A DNA stretch of 63,058 bases, the filler included, from Folioceros fuciformis (taxonomy: Eukaryota), in NCBI GenBank assembly GCA_049999805.1. It is 6 parts of 6 records of this genome, joined end to end, with 100 filler letters (N's around TTAATTAATTAA, not from the genome) between each part and the next. Parts side by side here need not be neighbours in the genome. Positions count along the whole stretch, not along the records: positions 23,630 to 36,736 come from JBNGIO010005483.1; positions 36,837 to 49,114 come from JBNGIO010005485.1; 4 more parts are not named here. One strand, written 5' to 3'. Positions 35,501 through 47,733 of the stretch are shown here, piece after piece. The notes below the pieces were generated by a model that saw only the letters and a program-made list of their open reading frames with translations, had not been told where the DNA came from and made no database searches. Numbering within the stretch: position 1 is the first letter of the stretch; each line of letters opens with the position of its first letter. The position numbers were made by a program, and so were the translations under genes.

Positions 35501-36736
35501 AATCGATCAAAGGGCAGGTTTGAGCATCGACAAATCTCAAAAATGGCTCACTCAAGAAAAAAAAAATGATCAACCATATAACTTTCTAGGACGGAGATTG
35601 TTGTGTGAAGATGTTCGCACCTTTTTAACTGAAGGGTTTTTCCCAAGGTTTCAGGTATGTATCCAAACTTTGTGTCACCAATTTTGGTTTGAGATGAGAT
35701 AAAAGAACATCATGGGAAAAAACACATTATCCACTAACTCTTTTCGCTCTTTGAAGGTGGTTTTGCGTAATCGTCTTTTCTCGAAGACGCAATTGGGAAT
35801 GATAAGTGATGACTACAAATTTGGGTACAACCTTATTTCAGTTTTCTATAATGGGATGGATGTTCTTATAGAATATAGCGGAGGAGACACAACGATCTAC
35901 TATGTTGACATCTTGATGAGGTCAAGACAGCCTCCTAGGATTGCTCATACATTTATGAGAGAGCATATTTTGCAAGACTTGAGAGAGTTCTGCGCTTCGC
36001 CAAGAGGTTGTCCTGGGGTCTCTCTAGGAGAAGGATTCATCAATCCTTACTGTGTAGAGCATTTGATCCCTTGCAAGTTGAGACAAAACCAAGCGAAACT
36101 TGAGTCAGAATTGACAAAGTTTCTTCTGGACGAAGAACAAGGTTGGGAGTGCAGCCAAGGGTATTTTGGTTGTCGTGATCCTATATTGGATTTCAGACAT
36201 AGTTGGCCTGCTATAGGGGTGGATAATGGCATCAAGGTCTCCCATAAACTGGAGGAGTTTGTGGATGCAGATTACTTGGATGACATAGTGCGAAGGAATG
36301 CAGAGTTTCATCAACGGCAAAAAGATTGCATTGAGAAATCTTTAACAGATCTTGGAGTGAACACAAGTTCAGACCCTTCGGGCAACCCCATTCCTGCCCC
36401 TGCACGGTGTCTATCTGATCTCTCCCTGGACAAAGGGAGCACTGAAAGGTATGTGCTGTCACACAAACAAGATCGTAATCACAAGCAGGTGATGGAGGAA
36501 CTACAGGAGCTGAAACGTAATCAAAAGGAGATCCTTGATGCGATCAGGTCAGTGGAAGCAGAGGTGGTGAGGTCCAAACAGGAGACACTACGGACTTTGA
36601 AGAGTAAGATGGATGATATTCTAGGGTACAATGGCTCCACCATGCCCCGTCGCCCGTTTTTGTCTGTTGATGGTGTCTCCTTGCAAGAAAGGATTATGGC
36701 CTCGATTCAGGTAGGCAAGGCTGTTCATTTACATCT
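32550..36736 (+). CDS. TORNADO1-like ROCO protein (RI-like LRRs, Roc GTPase, COR); in-frame TAG at 33147; 3' end cut by linker
   Basis: P-loop CGPSQAG|KTTL split by intron 34207-34325; TKGIEI; SIWDLAGQVEF; IITYVDK; COR-like YLHDTGRII..INPNW; GFFPRFQ|V intron; ORFs 32550 and 33159 share one frame. Confidence 0.85.
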
Positions 36737-36836
36737 NNNNNNNNNNNNNNNNNNNNNNNNNNNNNNNNNNNNNNNNNNNNTTAATTAATTAANNNNNNNN
36801 NNNNNNNNNNNNNNNNNNNNNNNNNNNNNNNNNNNN
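36737..36836. other. Artificial contig linker
   Basis: 44N + TTAATTAATTAA + 44N. Confidence 0.97.
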
Positions 36837-38086
36837 GCACCAGGTACATCACCATAGACGCACCAGTAGCACACTCACTGCTGGGTTGGGGGTGCTTGCC
36901 GAGAAGTATCGTACTTTGTCGTCAGAGTGTTTGCGGACTCTTCGGATGGAGCTGCAGCTAGAGGCCATATACCATCTTCAGGTTCAAACATGTTTCATCT
37001 AGTGGTTTTCTTGGGGTTCCAGTTCCAAGCGTGAGTGTAATGACGAGTAGTCATCCTAGTGACGTGCTCAGAAGCTCATAGACTTCTACAAAGCTTTCAC
37101 ATGACCCTGGCCTGATTATCTTGTTTGATGGATTTTAGAGCATGATCGGAAGGGGTTACACGACTGATCAGGATGCCGAGGAGCCTGAAGACTTTATTGT
37201 CCAGCTAACCTCGATGGTAGGATCCTTGAATGGTCTACTATATGTTATGTTTTGCTGGGGCTTTTCATGTATACCTCTTAAGATTTAACGACCAAAGCGA
37301 GTAAGTAATGAATGTCTTTCATGCAGATTTCACGAAGGGATGAGGAACTTGCAGCATGTGTGCCCCCTCTGAAGCGCAGCTATGTCTTTGGTGGTGTCTG
37401 CAGTATCGCAGCAATGGCATTCATCAAGGTATTAGGAGGGGGGATTGCTGCATCTGCATATTTGATTAAACGGATCAACCAAACTTCTGTGTGTGGCAGG
37501 TCTTGAATGATCTTAGTTCTGTCAACATGCTGGGTATCAGGCAAATCTGCCGCAATTGCATTGCGCTTCAGCAGGTGGGTTAGCTCTTATTGGTGCCATT
37601 TGTGACAATTGTGGTCTCGTTTCTCTAAGTCTGGCAGCTTCTGAACACATGTGCAGGCCCTTGCAGCACTAGCTTCAAGTAGCGGCAACATCGTTCAGCA
37701 GTCGTTGGATCGTGTTCGAACGTATTATGAGCTTTTGAACCTTCCTTTTGAGGTAACATACTGAGCTACCTCAAGATTGCTACCTTTTGCTCTCAGAAAT
37801 TTTCACGCTAATTGCACCGTGGTATCTCCTAATCATTTACCGTATCTTCTCACGCAGGCCTTAATCGCTTTTGTCACTGAGCATGACAAATTGTTCACAT
37901 TCCCAGAGTGAGTTTTTCTGCCTTGCACCTGATGGGTTGCGTTCATTGGGTACTGTCTGAAGGCTGAGCTTCTCTTGTCTGTGACTGAACAGATACTCCA
38001 GCCTCCTGAAAGTAAATGTTCCGGGGAGGGAGATACCTGCTGATGCTATCCAGCGAATTGGCAAAATTTTGGCTCCTGGATTGTAG
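36837..38086 (+). CDS. SEC8: Exocyst subunit SEC8, C-terminal exons (5' part outside contig)
   Basis: CLRTLRMELQLEAIYHLQ|..DQDAEEPEDFI..|ISRRDEE..YVFGG..|QICRNCIALQQ|AL..LDRVRTYYELLNLPFE|ALIAF..|YSSLLKVNVPGREIP. Confidence 0.93.
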
Positions 38087-38464
38087 GTTTTCGTGGAAAT
38101 ATGTGTTGGAACGATGTATATTGATTTAGGGCATCACACCATTTATGTGTGATATAAAATTCTTTTGGTGTGTTCCTCCTCCTCCTCGGCTTTGCATGAA
38201 CCAACATCCACGTGGTGTCAGTTGCCCCTTCCAAAAAAATATCATACCATCTGCTACTTAGAACGGACGACGATTCAGAACCGAGAGCGACATACTGCGC
38301 AAGGTACCTCGGGTGATCGGCCTCAGGGAAGTTGTGGGGACGCTGAGGGCAAGTGGCAGGGCAATGGCATTGCAGATCCTTGATCCTTCCCCCGGGTCAT
38401 TATTTGTCCATCCACACTGGAGCATGTAGATCTCCAATGCTTATATCTGTTTTGAAGTGTACAA

Positions 38465-40037
38465 TCAGCTGCTCGCCAAAATCAACGAGTGATCGAAGCC
38501 AGTTGCGGCCTGGAGCACCACCATACTTTCTATTTCTTCCAAAGACGATGGAAGTTGCTGATCGCGACTGCTTCCCAATCCCAATCTTCCATTTCTGCCA
38601 CTTCCCCATGACCACAATCGGCCCTGTGCCGTCACAGCCAGGGAGTGAACACGCCCTCCCGACAATGACACAACCTCCTCATGCGACAGCTCTTCAATCA
38701 CCCCAGGCACGGCGAAATCTTCAAAACTCTTGTCCGTACGTCCAAGCTGATGACCAAGATTCCAACCCCATGAAAAAGGCATTCCTGACTTTGCACAACT
38801 CCCTACTTTCTCGAATCTCTTGCTAGACTTAACTATTGAGGATACCACTGCCAGGGAATGCCCCAGCCCAGCACCAATCGACAGCACAGGCCGGCCTGAG
38901 AAAGCTGCTGCCAAGGACTTAACCGTAACATTGGAGGATGACCCAAGCTGATTCAGAGAGTTGTCTCCGAACGAGAACAGCTCTCCATCTTCTGAAGAAA
39001 AAGAAGAAGCAAGTCAGTTAGCAAACGTCCGCAAGCGAGTTGAGAGTCGTACATGGCATGCACCATACCTACGAGGACAAGGGAGTGGTCCAGGCCGGCA
39101 GCAACTTGAGCTATTCTGAATTGGGAAAGCTCCTGTACTGAACGAGGCTCCCAAGTTAGAACGGCAAGGCGCTCCTTTTCTTTGTCCTCGTCCACTTCAT
39201 GTTCAGCTTCCTGCTTGATCTGGCTGGAGCTGAAGCTGTTTGGAGGGATGCCCAACCGTCCGTCTGCAGCATATCCCCAAGAGAAGAGCTCCCCTTCAGT
39301 TGTGCACGCTAGGGCATGTCCCCACCCCAGGGCTACCTGCCACACGAGGGACTGAGCAGTGCTGCAATTTGGGAGCAGGATAAGTCTAGATGAAAGAGTG
39401 TAGATGTACCTAACCACCTGCACAACATGCCGTCCCTTCAAGGCTTTAATCTGTGTGGGGAGGAGAGTCTCTATGATCCCCATGCCCAGCCCCAGCTGTC
39501 CTCGTTTAGACCTGCCCCAAGCCCACACAGATCCATCTTCGGCCACAGCCATGGACACAACTCCGGAGCCTGCCACCTGCTTCACGCGGATTTTCTCCAG
39601 CCCCGTCACTTTGGCAGGAGCACTCCAATCTCCCCTGACAATCAGACCAAGAAACACTTCAGCTCCAGGGGCTGGGGACAGGCAAACCCACAAAAGTTCC
39701 CAGCGCGCGACCTGGATAGATCGGACTGAACGTGGCCACGACCCAGCTGGCCTTCGGAGTTTCTTCCCCAGGCCCAAACTTCTCCACCATCCGTGACAGC
39801 AAAGGAATGGTAATGCCCACACGCAACTGCCACCAGAGCGCCTGGCAGGCCTGCAACAGCCTTGGGCTCGTAAACATCTTCAGCAAGCACGCCTCCGCCA
39901 TGGCCGAGGGCTCCGCTGCTGCCAGCTCCAAAGCTGAGTACCCTTGTCTCTGACGAACGAACTGTGCTCAAGTGGCTGACATGCAAAGACCGCTGCAAGT
40001 AGCGCAGAAAGGAGATGTCGCGTACACTTGTTCTCAT
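38465..40037 (-). CDS. RUG3: RCC1/UVR8-family protein, RUG3-like (mitochondrial)
   Basis: VLSFGAGSSGALG..ACGHYHSFAVT..WAWGRNSEGQLG; WAWGRSKRGQLGLG; VALGWGHALA..WGYAADGRLG; GRVHSLA..WSWGSGRNGRLGLG; transit-peptide-like N-terminus. Confidence 0.82.
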
Positions 40038-40189
40038 GTTGGAAGCCAGGAGCGAACATAGGCGTGGAAGGCGTATGAATGTAATGAAGATGCACATAGG
40101 AGAATCATTTATTTCGGGAACTTACATAACAGAATCATTTATTAGTCCACGGAGTCTAGCAGGTAGGAAATAGGCAAGCGCGCGCTCTT

Positions 40190-41259
40190 TCAAAGCCAGG
40201 ACAGCCCATACTTCGGATCGTCCAAGAGCAAATCCCACTTTTCAGCCAGGGTTTGCTCGGGAGGAACGCTGAAAATCAAGCGACGGCCGTGTAAGTATCC
40301 ACAGTACCCCACACCATACACGTAGACCCCGCCACTCTCCATAGCTGCAGCAGCCACGGCATCACCTATTGACGAGACGAATTAAGGACGGTCAGTAGAC
40401 GATCAGTCCACTCAATGATGCAGGCATATCCTGGAACTCGCAAGAATACTCACCGTGTGTCACACACAATATGTTCTCGGAAGGGAAACAATTAGTAACA
40501 TAGTTGATGGCTTTGCTGAATCTTGCATGGGCATCCTCTGTGCTCTCTTCCATAGAGGCGAGCTGCCAAACTTTTGACGATGTGAGTTTCAGCTCAACTA
40601 CAGGGCAGCACCGTTATAAACTTATGGACAGATCCTGACCTTCCTGAGAAAGGGATCGAAGGAGTAATCTCTCATCTGGGCAGGAAAATAATCCAACAAG
40701 ACAGGCAAGTCCAAAGCGGACACAGTAAACTTCGGACAGACCAGAAGAATTTTTGAGTTCATGACTTCCCCAATCCCATAATCGATGCACACCTGCACAC
40801 ATGAAAAGCATGGCCTCGGGCCAGGTCAGCATGTTGCAGCCAGACACACCTAGCTCCAGACACTCACGACATGCAGAATAAAACTTTGGCAGCAAATTCA
40901 CAATGCACCTTGATCTCTGATGAACATGAATTGCCCTCGCTCGCGTCGTCCAAACAAAGAGCTTTCACAACCTCAGCAGCAGTCTGGACGCAGCGTAGAA
41001 AGGGAGAGCAAACGATTCGCGTGACATTCCACTGCTCCCGCTTCATGGTGAAGCCAAATTCCATGGCCCGATTTTTGCCGCTGTCCGAGAGAGGCGGATC
41101 ATACGGCCTGTCTGCTGTTTCATACCATGACTCATCCTCTGTGTCCAATCTCTCCCCGTGCCGCATCACAAAGCAGTTTTGCAAGAATAGCCGGTTTTCC
41201 CCCGAGCCCGAGCTGGCTTCCCCTGCATTCAGGATCCCTTTCATGTCTGGCGAAGACAT
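40190..41259 (-). CDS. Histidine phosphatase / phosphoglycerate-mutase-like protein (4 exons; N-terminus uncertain)
   Basis: VMRHGERLD, RPYDPPL, CSPFLRCVQTA, NILCVTH|G; GT-AG introns; stop TGA at 40190. Confidence 0.88.
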
Positions 41260-41621
41260 ATGCTCCTCACCGGCTGGCCCCCTCGCTGCAGACTGAGATC
41301 TCCTGTGTTGCACAACGACAATACATACCCCTGCTCCTCACTTGACGGGGATCCCGTCAGAAGGGCAAGGACCGACAGCTATCCCGCCGTTTCTGGCCTG
41401 CCTTGCCTCCCTCCACATGGCACCCTCCTTCTCCATGCCCTTAGGCCCCCGGGCCACCGTCATGTGCAGAGGCTGGGTCAGGATGCCAACCGCACCCCAG
41501 GTAGAAGGCCGCATCGACATCGACCTTCATCGCGTTCACAAAACAAAGGAGGCACAAAAAATCCAGGTGCACCTCACTCACCATTGAATAGGGAAGTAAG
41601 AAAACTTGTTTTCGGACTCTA

Positions 41622-43039
41622 GGTTACGTCCTTAGACCAATTGTACTTCTCCATTTTTGTAGTCACTTCGGAACAATTGTACTTCTCCATTTTTGTAGTC
41701 ACTTCGGAACATTATATGTCCAGGCACCTTCGAGTGTGCTGTCGATGATTTGGCTCAGAAGTAGGCTTCTTTGTTAGTCGCTTTTGGAGGGGTTGATTTT
41801 TTTGGCCATGGAGGTCTCTGCCCTAGCTGCTTTTTTTAGCAATTGGGCCCTCTCTATTCCAATTTTGGCATCTCGTTTTTTTGCTACAGGATTCCCCTGT
41901 TCTTGAAAGTTTTATTTCAAGTGTTGTGGAGGGCATTTTCCCTTTATAGAGGTCTCTTAGCCAAGCGAGGGATTCTCTACCTTTGGAGGCTCATGAGGCT
42001 CTACCTCCTTTCACCTCCTTTCCTAGGGAAGGGTTGAAGGGTCTCCAAGCCTCCTTCCTAGAAAAGCAATATGGCCAAGCACTAAGAGCCCTTCTTTCGG
42101 ACTCATCTATCCCTAGGTCTTCTCGAGCTCGTATTCGATCTTGTTCAGGTAAAGGAGCGGGCTCTTGGTTTTTAGCTCGACCTTGCATCCAAGCGTTTCG
42201 AATCGCACCAGCAACTTTCGCCACCGCGATGAGATTTTGCTTAGGTTTGGCCCACCCTTTGGCTTTTTCTCTCTCTACATGCAGTTGTGTGGTTTCCATT
42301 GTTGATACATGGTCCCATTTGGCACGTTGTCCTGTTAGGGGGCACCATATTACCACTCATGATGCAATTCGGGATGTCATGTTCTCAATGGCTAGGGAGT
42401 GTGGCTTTCTTCCGTATAAAGAGCGTTTATATATTTTGCGCAATGGGGTTTCACTTAAAGTTGACCTTTTCTTCACTAGGGAAGAACAGGTTTGTGTCGC
42501 TGACGTGGTTGTTACATATCCTTTTAGGAATTCGATTTGTGAGCACGTCATCATTAACCCCCCTGGTTGGGCAGCAGAGGGTTGTGCAAGTGCCAAAGTC
42601 CATAAGTATTCTCCCTTGCAAGACGATTATACTTTCATCCCCCTTGCTCTTTAGACTCATGGAGCTATGGGCAAGGACTTTTCAAGGTTTATCAAGGAGT
42701 GCGCCAAGGTTTATCAGAACAGTAGGAATGGTGTTCTCCCTCTTTCCTCTGTGGTGACCTTCTTTCGACAACGTGTATCCATTGCTTTGCAACGAGCATT
42801 GGCCAATGAAATTTTTAGAACAGCAACAAGCGTAGGTCAAGCGGCTTCTTCAGCACCAGTGGTAGGTAGGCCTTTTCTTATTCCACATCATGACATTTTG
42901 GGAGCAGTAGGTAGTTTTTGAAAATGATATTCGCAGGGGAGAGTACATCTTTTTGCCTTTGGCCTTAATGGGGTTATTCCTCTAATCTTTGGAGTAGATG
43001 AGACTTTCCATCTCTTTTTCAATCATAGAAAATACCCCA
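41622..43039 (+). mobile_element. 5'-truncated non-LTR retrotransposon of the RLE (CRE-like) type with 13-bp target-site duplication
   Basis: CxC..HLARC zinc motif, HDAIRD, KVDL..ADV..K..KY, FIPLAL*THG, RVSIALQR; TTTTCGGACTCTA at 41609-41621 and 43040-43052. Confidence 0.8.
41638..41710. repeat. 36-bp direct repeat (2 copies)
   Basis: CAATTGTACTTCTCCATTTTTGTAGTCACTTCGGAA twice. Confidence 0.85.
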
Positions 43040-43900
43040 TTTTCGGACTCTACTAACAAAGGTGAGGAAACTTTGTTGGCAATGTACAAACAAACGTAAG
43101 GAAACTAGGGTTGAGAATGCACTAACAAACTAGAAGTAAGTTATATCAAACTTGGGTTGAGTTGATTAGTTGAAGATCTAAATAAGTATCAATCTTTAAT
43201 AAATAAAAATAAGCATGAGATAAAATTATATTTGGTAAAGTAAGATTATTAAATGTATGTATTCTCTACAACAATTGCCAAGGTATTTGGTGGTTGTTGT
43301 TGTGCAAGATGCACAATTAATGGTATGTAGATTTGAAAATTATGTATCATTAATAAATTTTCTAAAATCTGTAACTAACTATTACAAAAAATATGGGATT
43401 GCCAAATATATGCATGTTGAGTGAATAGTGGTAAATGCGTTACGAGTAAAGGTTGCTTACTCCACACTTGGATAAGTAAGTAGAATGGGCAGATTAGTAC
43501 AAGCTTATGAGAATGCTAGGTTTGTCGTAGTTATGAGTAATGGGGTTTTTATGTATTATAGGAAAACAAGATGGAAAACCTACCTACCTCTAAATAGATA
43601 AATCATGATTAGGACAGTTGGGGCTAACTCCTTGAAGCTTAATGATTACAAATTAAATATCATGGTCTAAGAAAGAGAACGGGTCTAGCTACCAATCAAC
43701 AACACCTCTCTTGCCAATGTGATGTCATGTACATGGCATAAGCCAAAGTTCATTAAAAAAGCCTTCATTTCTATAACATAAAACGGCTTGAGTTTGTTTT
43801 GCTATTCTTTTAAGGTAAGTCGAACATGTATGGGAGGTTACAAGTATGATTAGGCTTTAGAGCAACTATTTCAAATAGCCTTTATGATCTTCGCGCAAGT

Positions 43901-45097
43901 TATTTTTCATTATTAAAAAAGAGATGGAAAGTCCTATTTACTCCAAAGATTGGAGGAACAATCGAGTAGGGCCAAAAGGTACTAGCTCCTTCGAATATCA
44001 TTCTCAGAAACTACCTATTGTTCTCAAAATGTCATGATGTCGAATAGCAAAAGGCCTACCTGTGCTGAACAAGCCACTTGACCTACACTTATTACTATTC
44101 TAAAAACCGCGTTGGCAAATGCTCTTCGCTTAGCAATGGATACGCGTTGTCAAAAGAAGACCATCACAAAGAAAAGAGGGAGAACACCATTTCTATGACT
44201 CTGGTAAACCTTTGCACACTCCTTCATAAATCTTGAAAAAGTCTTTGCCCATGCATGGCTCATGAGTCTTCAGAGCAAAGGGATGAAAATATGCTTGTCT
44301 TGCAAGGGAGAATACTTATGGACTTAAGCACTTGTGCACATCTGCAACACATACTTGTTCCCTGCTAGTGAAAAAAAGGTTGGCTCTAGGAGAAATCCCT
44401 TTGTGCAAAGTATATGGACGCTCCCTGTACGGAAGAAATACATATTCCCTAGCCATTGAGAAAGTCACATCTCGAACTGCATCATGGTTGGCAATGCAGA
44501 GCCCCCCGATAGGACAATGTGCTAAATAGGACCCTATGTTGACAATGGCAACCCCACAACTCCATGTAGAGAGAGAAAAAGCCAAGGGGGGTGGACTAAA
44601 CCTAAGTGAAATCTCATCACATTAGGGAAAGTTGTAGGTGTTATTCAAAACGCTTGGATGCAAGGTTAACCCAAAAGCCAAGAGCCCGCTCCTTTACTTG
44701 AACAAAGGCGAATATGAGCCCAAGAAGACTTAGGGATGGATGAGTCCGAAAGAAGGACTCTTAATGCTCGGCCATTTTGCTATTCTAAGAGGGAGGCTTG
44801 AAGACCCTTCAACCCTTCCCTAATAAAGGAGGTGAAATAAAGTAGAGCCTTACAAGCATCCAAAGGTAAAGAGTCTCTCGCTTGCGTAAGAGATACATGT
44901 AAAGAGAAAATGTCCTCCTCAACACTTGAGATAAAACCTTCAAAAAGAGTGGAATCTTGCAATAAAAAACGAGAGGCCAAAATTGGAGCTAAGAAGCCGC
45001 TAGCAACTAACAAGAAAGGCAGCTTGGGCAGAGGCGTCCAAGGCCTTGAAAAAGAGTGGAATCTTGCAATAAAAAACGAGAGGCCAAAATTGGAGCT
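43901..45097 (-). mobile_element. Second, more decayed copy of the RLE (CRE-like) element in opposite orientation
   Basis: Minus-strand ORFs 44316-44585 and 44780-45013 are homologous to 41983-42654; same 3' terminus CTTTCCATCTCTTTTT.AAT.AT..AAAATA. Confidence 0.82.
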
Positions 45098-47733
45098 NNN
45101 NNNNNNNNNNNNNNNNNNNNNNNNNNNNNNNNNNNNNNNNNNNNNNNNNNNNNNNNNNNNNNNNNNNNNNNNNNNNNNNNNNNNNNNNNNNNNNNNNCCT
45201 TGAAGACAAAGTTCCTTCTTTACTCTATTTACACTTATGGTTTACACAAAGTAAAGACTTTTGTTTTGAAAGACTTGCACCTTATGGCATGCAAGAGGCC
45301 AAGCTTGAAGATCTTGCCTAAGGCCGTGTTTATACTAGGGTGGTCATGACCACCATGTCAGGAAATGGAGATAAACACTAGGGTGGTCATGACCACCATG
45401 TCAGGAAATGGAGAGGCGTGATTGGGTGGTGCATGTAAACCCCTTGTACAGAGGCGGGATTGGGTGGTGCATGTAAACCCCTTGTACATTGCATGGTCAT
45501 GTCATGGTCACATACATGGCAGCTTCTCTCGCTTCTGAAAAAAAGGGCAACACCCAACATAAAAAACTCGTACGCAATTGTATGCAGACCCATGGCATAT
45601 TTAACAATGTTATTACGGTCAATGATTTACTAGGCACATTCTATTTCTTCACATGCAATTCATTTTATTACTTCAGCAGACCGCGAAACATACTTCTTCC
45701 TCAAATTTGGAGAGCCATCTCATTGTCCTCCCTTTCCATGTAAGAGCCTTCTCTATGGCCATTCTATAGCGTTGCCAATTCCATGTCCTCGTAGCTATCC
45801 ACTTCCATCACCACAGGAATTTGGAGAGCCATCTCACGCTCCTCACTTTCCATGTAGGGCCTTTCTCGCAACCCTAAGTTGGTCTACCAGCGAGAATGAT
45901 TGCCAAGGTAGCGGGGACGAGCACGGTTGAGTGACACGCTTGTGACACTCATAATTACGGAATTATATGATGCCTATGGAATACCGATACGGACAGGGGG
46001 CGGCGGTATACAATGCAAAGATAAGCGACATAACGTTTGTGCCCGCTTCGGTCACAGGACACAAAGTAGGTGTCTTGATCGGGACACCTACTTTGTAACA
46101 AAGAGTAGCGTTCGTTCAGTGCATCGTATCGAGGAATGAGTTGTCCCATCCAAGAAGCAAGTCAGGTATCCTCAACAACCGTTCTACACAAGGCGCTGTG
46201 GCGGAGAACACAAAGTAGGCCCAGACACGTACAAAATCAGGTCTGATTCTCAACACCAGCCACTCTCCATGCGCCATCGCAAGAAGCGTGGTCCAGGTCG
46301 ATGTAAAATAGCTTTGTCCCACCTCCCTGCTCCTGTAAATTTGGAGGCAATTCAGCTCCTGTTCGTACGTACTTCTAGCTTCAGAATCCTCATCCATTCT
46401 GCCAAAATCAGCATTGTAGGATTGGCCTACATAAGAGGCACGCAAACTGCACATCAAGCAAGCCTACTCGTTCCGCCTGATGAGACCAGATTCTCCACAA
46501 CGAAGCTATCTCCGCAGCAGTTTCCTCCGCATGCTGCACACACCCTAGGCTCATGTTGTCACTCATGGCTGCGACATACCATTTGGGGGCATTTCTCCGA
46601 GGACTGAGCGCGCTCACGAAATTCAGCATCTCTGCCGTATGGCCGTGTCATGCTGTTGCTGTATGGGAAACAGAGCACCTAAGACTCTATGACTGGATAC
46701 TGACTAGAGCATCCTGGGCATAAGCCCTGAATGCTGAAATGACTAGATACTGACTGGAGCATCTCGGGCATAAGCCCTGATGCTGAAGTGCTTGATGATG
46801 TCATGTACATGGCCCATGGATGGCCTGCACATGACATGTATGCCATATATGCATGTGTGCCATGTATGCATGCATATGGAGATGAAGGATGACATGTGAT
46901 GTATGTGGACATGTGGCAGGTGATGTGTCATGGCGCATGCAACCTATATGCATGGTTGTGCATGAAAGGCGCGGTGCTATGCCGCATATATAGATAGCAG
47001 ATTTATATTAGAAGATATTAGAAAATACATGAAAATCATAAATCAAGGAAAGTAGGATTATAAAGTGCCCACCATCGATACGGGTGGACACTTCATCGAG
47101 AACTCCTGGGGGTTTTTGCTTATATATGTAGGCACCCAGCCATGGATTCTCGGATTGTTGATGTTTGTCTTGTTCCAATAGACAGCCATACTTCGTCCCT
47201 GCTGTGTCTTTGTCTCCTAGAGGTTCTTGTGNNNNNNNNNNGCCATACTTCGTCCCTGCTGTGTCTTTGTCTCCTAGAGGTTCTTGTGGTTCGTTGCATT
47301 GCCAGGTTGGGAGAATTTTCCAGCTTGATTTCACCACATCAACAATCCGCTTGTTGGGGACTAAGATACGGTACTGGAGGAGACTGTGGCGCGCTGGAGA
47401 TTGGATGAAGAGGCGGAAATCGTCCACCATCCAACCCAGGAGACAGCTGCGATCCGAGAAGGTTGGGTGTTGCAGAGGCAGCACTAAGAGATAGGCTGAT
47501 GTTTTTCTGATGGACAGGAATTCTGCCATTGATTATACACGGCTTAGGTGTGGTAGTCTCACGATTGCTGAGTTAGCAGAGCTGTCGGGAGAAGAGCCTG
47601 CATACGTCTGGAGTCGTTTGTGGATAGAGGCAATGGATGTACTTTTCTGGCTAGCTGATTGGGCTAACGGTGGAAACAATTTGCCCTTTGACAACATCCG
47701 TGCAGTGGTCAGGCATAGGAGAAGTAACCATTG

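Noticed and set aside
44938-45490. Short direct repeats and GGTGGTCATGACCACC palindromes
   Set aside because: Two-copy duplications next to a scaffold gap; likely local duplication or assembly overlap
46116-46629. Minus-strand ORFs upstream of the gag gene
   Set aside because: No recognisable domain, and LTR or primer-site boundaries could not be defined
47184-47290. Duplicate sequence on both sides of a 10-N gap
   Set aside because: Typical unmerged contig overlap
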